NCBI RefSeq assembly: GCF_004010195.1
Contig: NC_057752.1
Location: forward strand, 5,837,904-5,901,903
Source: Chiloscyllium plagiosum
Lineage: Eukaryota
Reading direction: 5' to 3'
Length of the DNA: 64,000 nt
In this document: one piece after another, positions 62,277-64,000 of the stretch
Numbering within the stretch: the first letter of the stretch is position 1
Layout of the letters: the number at the start of each line of letters is the position of its first letter
Position numbers and translations under genes: made by a program
The notes under the pieces: generated by a model
What the model was told of the DNA's origin: nothing
Database searches by the model: none
Seen by the model: only the letters and a program-made list of their open reading frames with translations

Positions 62277-63956
62277 TACAAAGTTAAAAATCACACAACA
62301 CCAGGCTATAGCCCAACAGGTTTATTTGGAAGCACTAGCTTTCGGAGTGCTGCTCCTTCATCAAATGGTTGTGGAGCTTAAGATCATAAGACAGAGTTTA
62401 TCGCAAAAGTTTACAGTGTGATGTAACTGAAATTATATATTGAAAAAGACCTGGATTGTTTGTTAAATCTCTCATCTTTTAGAATGAACATGTTGGTTTC
62501 AGTTCTTTCATATGTAAATCGCAGAACATTTAAAAGTTACATTCTCACGTGAACTTTAACAATTGGTGTCATGTCAGCCCAGATAATGCATTGAAGGTGT
62601 GAGGTGCCCTGTATGAGACTGTCTGTGCCACAATAGTCAGACTGATTCTAATCTAAAAAATGGATTTACTGAATCTTACATGGATTCATGCAGTTTTTGA
62701 GCAAAGAAAATGTAATTCTGCAAGTACAAATTCATCCCAGAAACTTATACATGGGTGTTTGCATGTGGGGGTGTGATGGGGGGTGGGAGGAGGTTATGAG
62801 TGTCTGTGAGAGAGTGTGTGTACGTGTGTGAGCATGAGTGTAAAGGGGTATACATCTGTGAGAGGGTGCACGTGTGAGTGTGGGAGTGTATGTGTGAGTA
62901 TATGAGAGCGGGTCTGCATGAGTGTATGGGTTTGTAGGAGAGTGTGTGTGTATCTACGTGTGCTCGTCTGTCTGTGTGTGTGTATAGTCCACTAAAATGT
63001 TCTCAGATTGGGAGGGAACACGCACAACAATCACCAGACAGGAGTGTTCCCTCCCAGTCGGGGAACACTTCAGCGGTCCGGGACATTTGACCTTGGACCT
63101 TCGGGCGACAGTTCTCCAAGGCGGACTTTGGGACAGGCAACAACTAAAAGTGGCCGAGCAGAGGCTGATAGCCAAGTTCAGTACCCATGGGGATGGCCTC
63201 AACCAGGACCTTGGGTTCATGTCACACTACAGGTGACCCCACTGCACTACACACACACAGACAGACACACACACACACACAGAGTGTCCTACAGACCCAC
63301 TCATGCAGACCCTCTCTCATACGCTCACACATACACTCGCACACTCACACATGCACCCTCTCACAGACTTATACCCCTTTGCACTCACACTCACATACAT
63401 ACACATACTCTCTCACAGATACTCATAACCCCCACCCTCCCCGCGCACACCCACACGCACACATACACATATATGTTTGTGGGGTGAATTTGTACTTGCA
63501 GAATTACATTTTACTTTGCTCAAAAACTGCACGAGTCCATGTAAGATTCTGTAAAGCTATTTAGATTGTGGCACAGACAGTCTCACACAGGACAGCTCAC
63601 ACCTTAAACGCATTATCTAGGCCGACATGACACCAATTGTTAAAGTTTACTTGAGAATGTAACTTTTAAATGTTAAGCGATTTACATATGAAAAAACTGA
63701 AACCAACATGTTCATTCTAAAAGATGAGAGACTTAACAAACAATCCAGGTATTTTTCAACGTATAATTTCAGTTACATTACACTGTAAACTTTTACAATA
63801 AATTCTGTGTTTTACGATCTTATACTCCACAACCACCTGATGAAGGAACAGCGCTCCGAAAGCTAATGCTTCCAAATAAACCTGTTGGATTATAACCTGG
63901 TGTTGTGTGATTTTTAACTTAGTACACCCCAGTCCAACACCGGCATCTCCAAATCA
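62277..63956 (+). mobile_element. Penelope-like element family B with long inverted arms (about 700 bp)
   Basis: GIY-YIG C-terminus SLPVGEHFSGPGH..AEQRLIAKFSTH.DGLN at 62997-63236; 62277-62985 is an inverted copy of about 63240-63925; (CA)-rich UTR; decayed hammerhead at 63834-63868; possible TSD (10/12) at 62265-62276 and 63957-63968. Confidence 0.9.
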
Positions 63957-64000
63957 TATCCAGTTGTGAGCCGTGAAGCAATTTAGAAAACTGTGACTGG

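Noticed and set aside
63008..63564. His/Thr-rich ORFs
   Set aside because: Translation of the (CA)-rich PLE 3' UTR

Overview
This is repeat-dominated vertebrate genomic DNA with no recognisable intact host protein-coding gene. The repeat families (HE1-type V-SINEs, HER1/CR1 LINEs, SacSINE1-like DeuSINEs) point to a shark or other elasmobranch; that assignment is inference. The window holds many decayed and nested CR1 and L2 LINEs, four SINE types, a 5'-truncated L1, and a TSD-flanked, internally deleted L1 that keeps ORF1 but has lost nearly all of ORF2. It also has PIF/Harbinger remnants, a TA-flanked Tc1/mariner-type MITE, probable LTR remnants, a minisatellite, local tandem duplications and two N gaps. 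The main finding is four sequence-distinct Penelope-like element (PLE) families. Each carries a minimal type-I hammerhead ribozyme motif (CTGAnGA-stem II-GAAA-palindromic 4-mer-TH) whose stems differ in sequence but keep their pairing. Three of the four (A, B, D) have spawned about 170-225 bp non-coding hairpin insertions flanked by 12-16 bp target-site duplications. Nearly all ORFs in the supplied track are retroelement fragments or spurious. Element boundaries were read by eye and are approximate unless a TSD is quoted.
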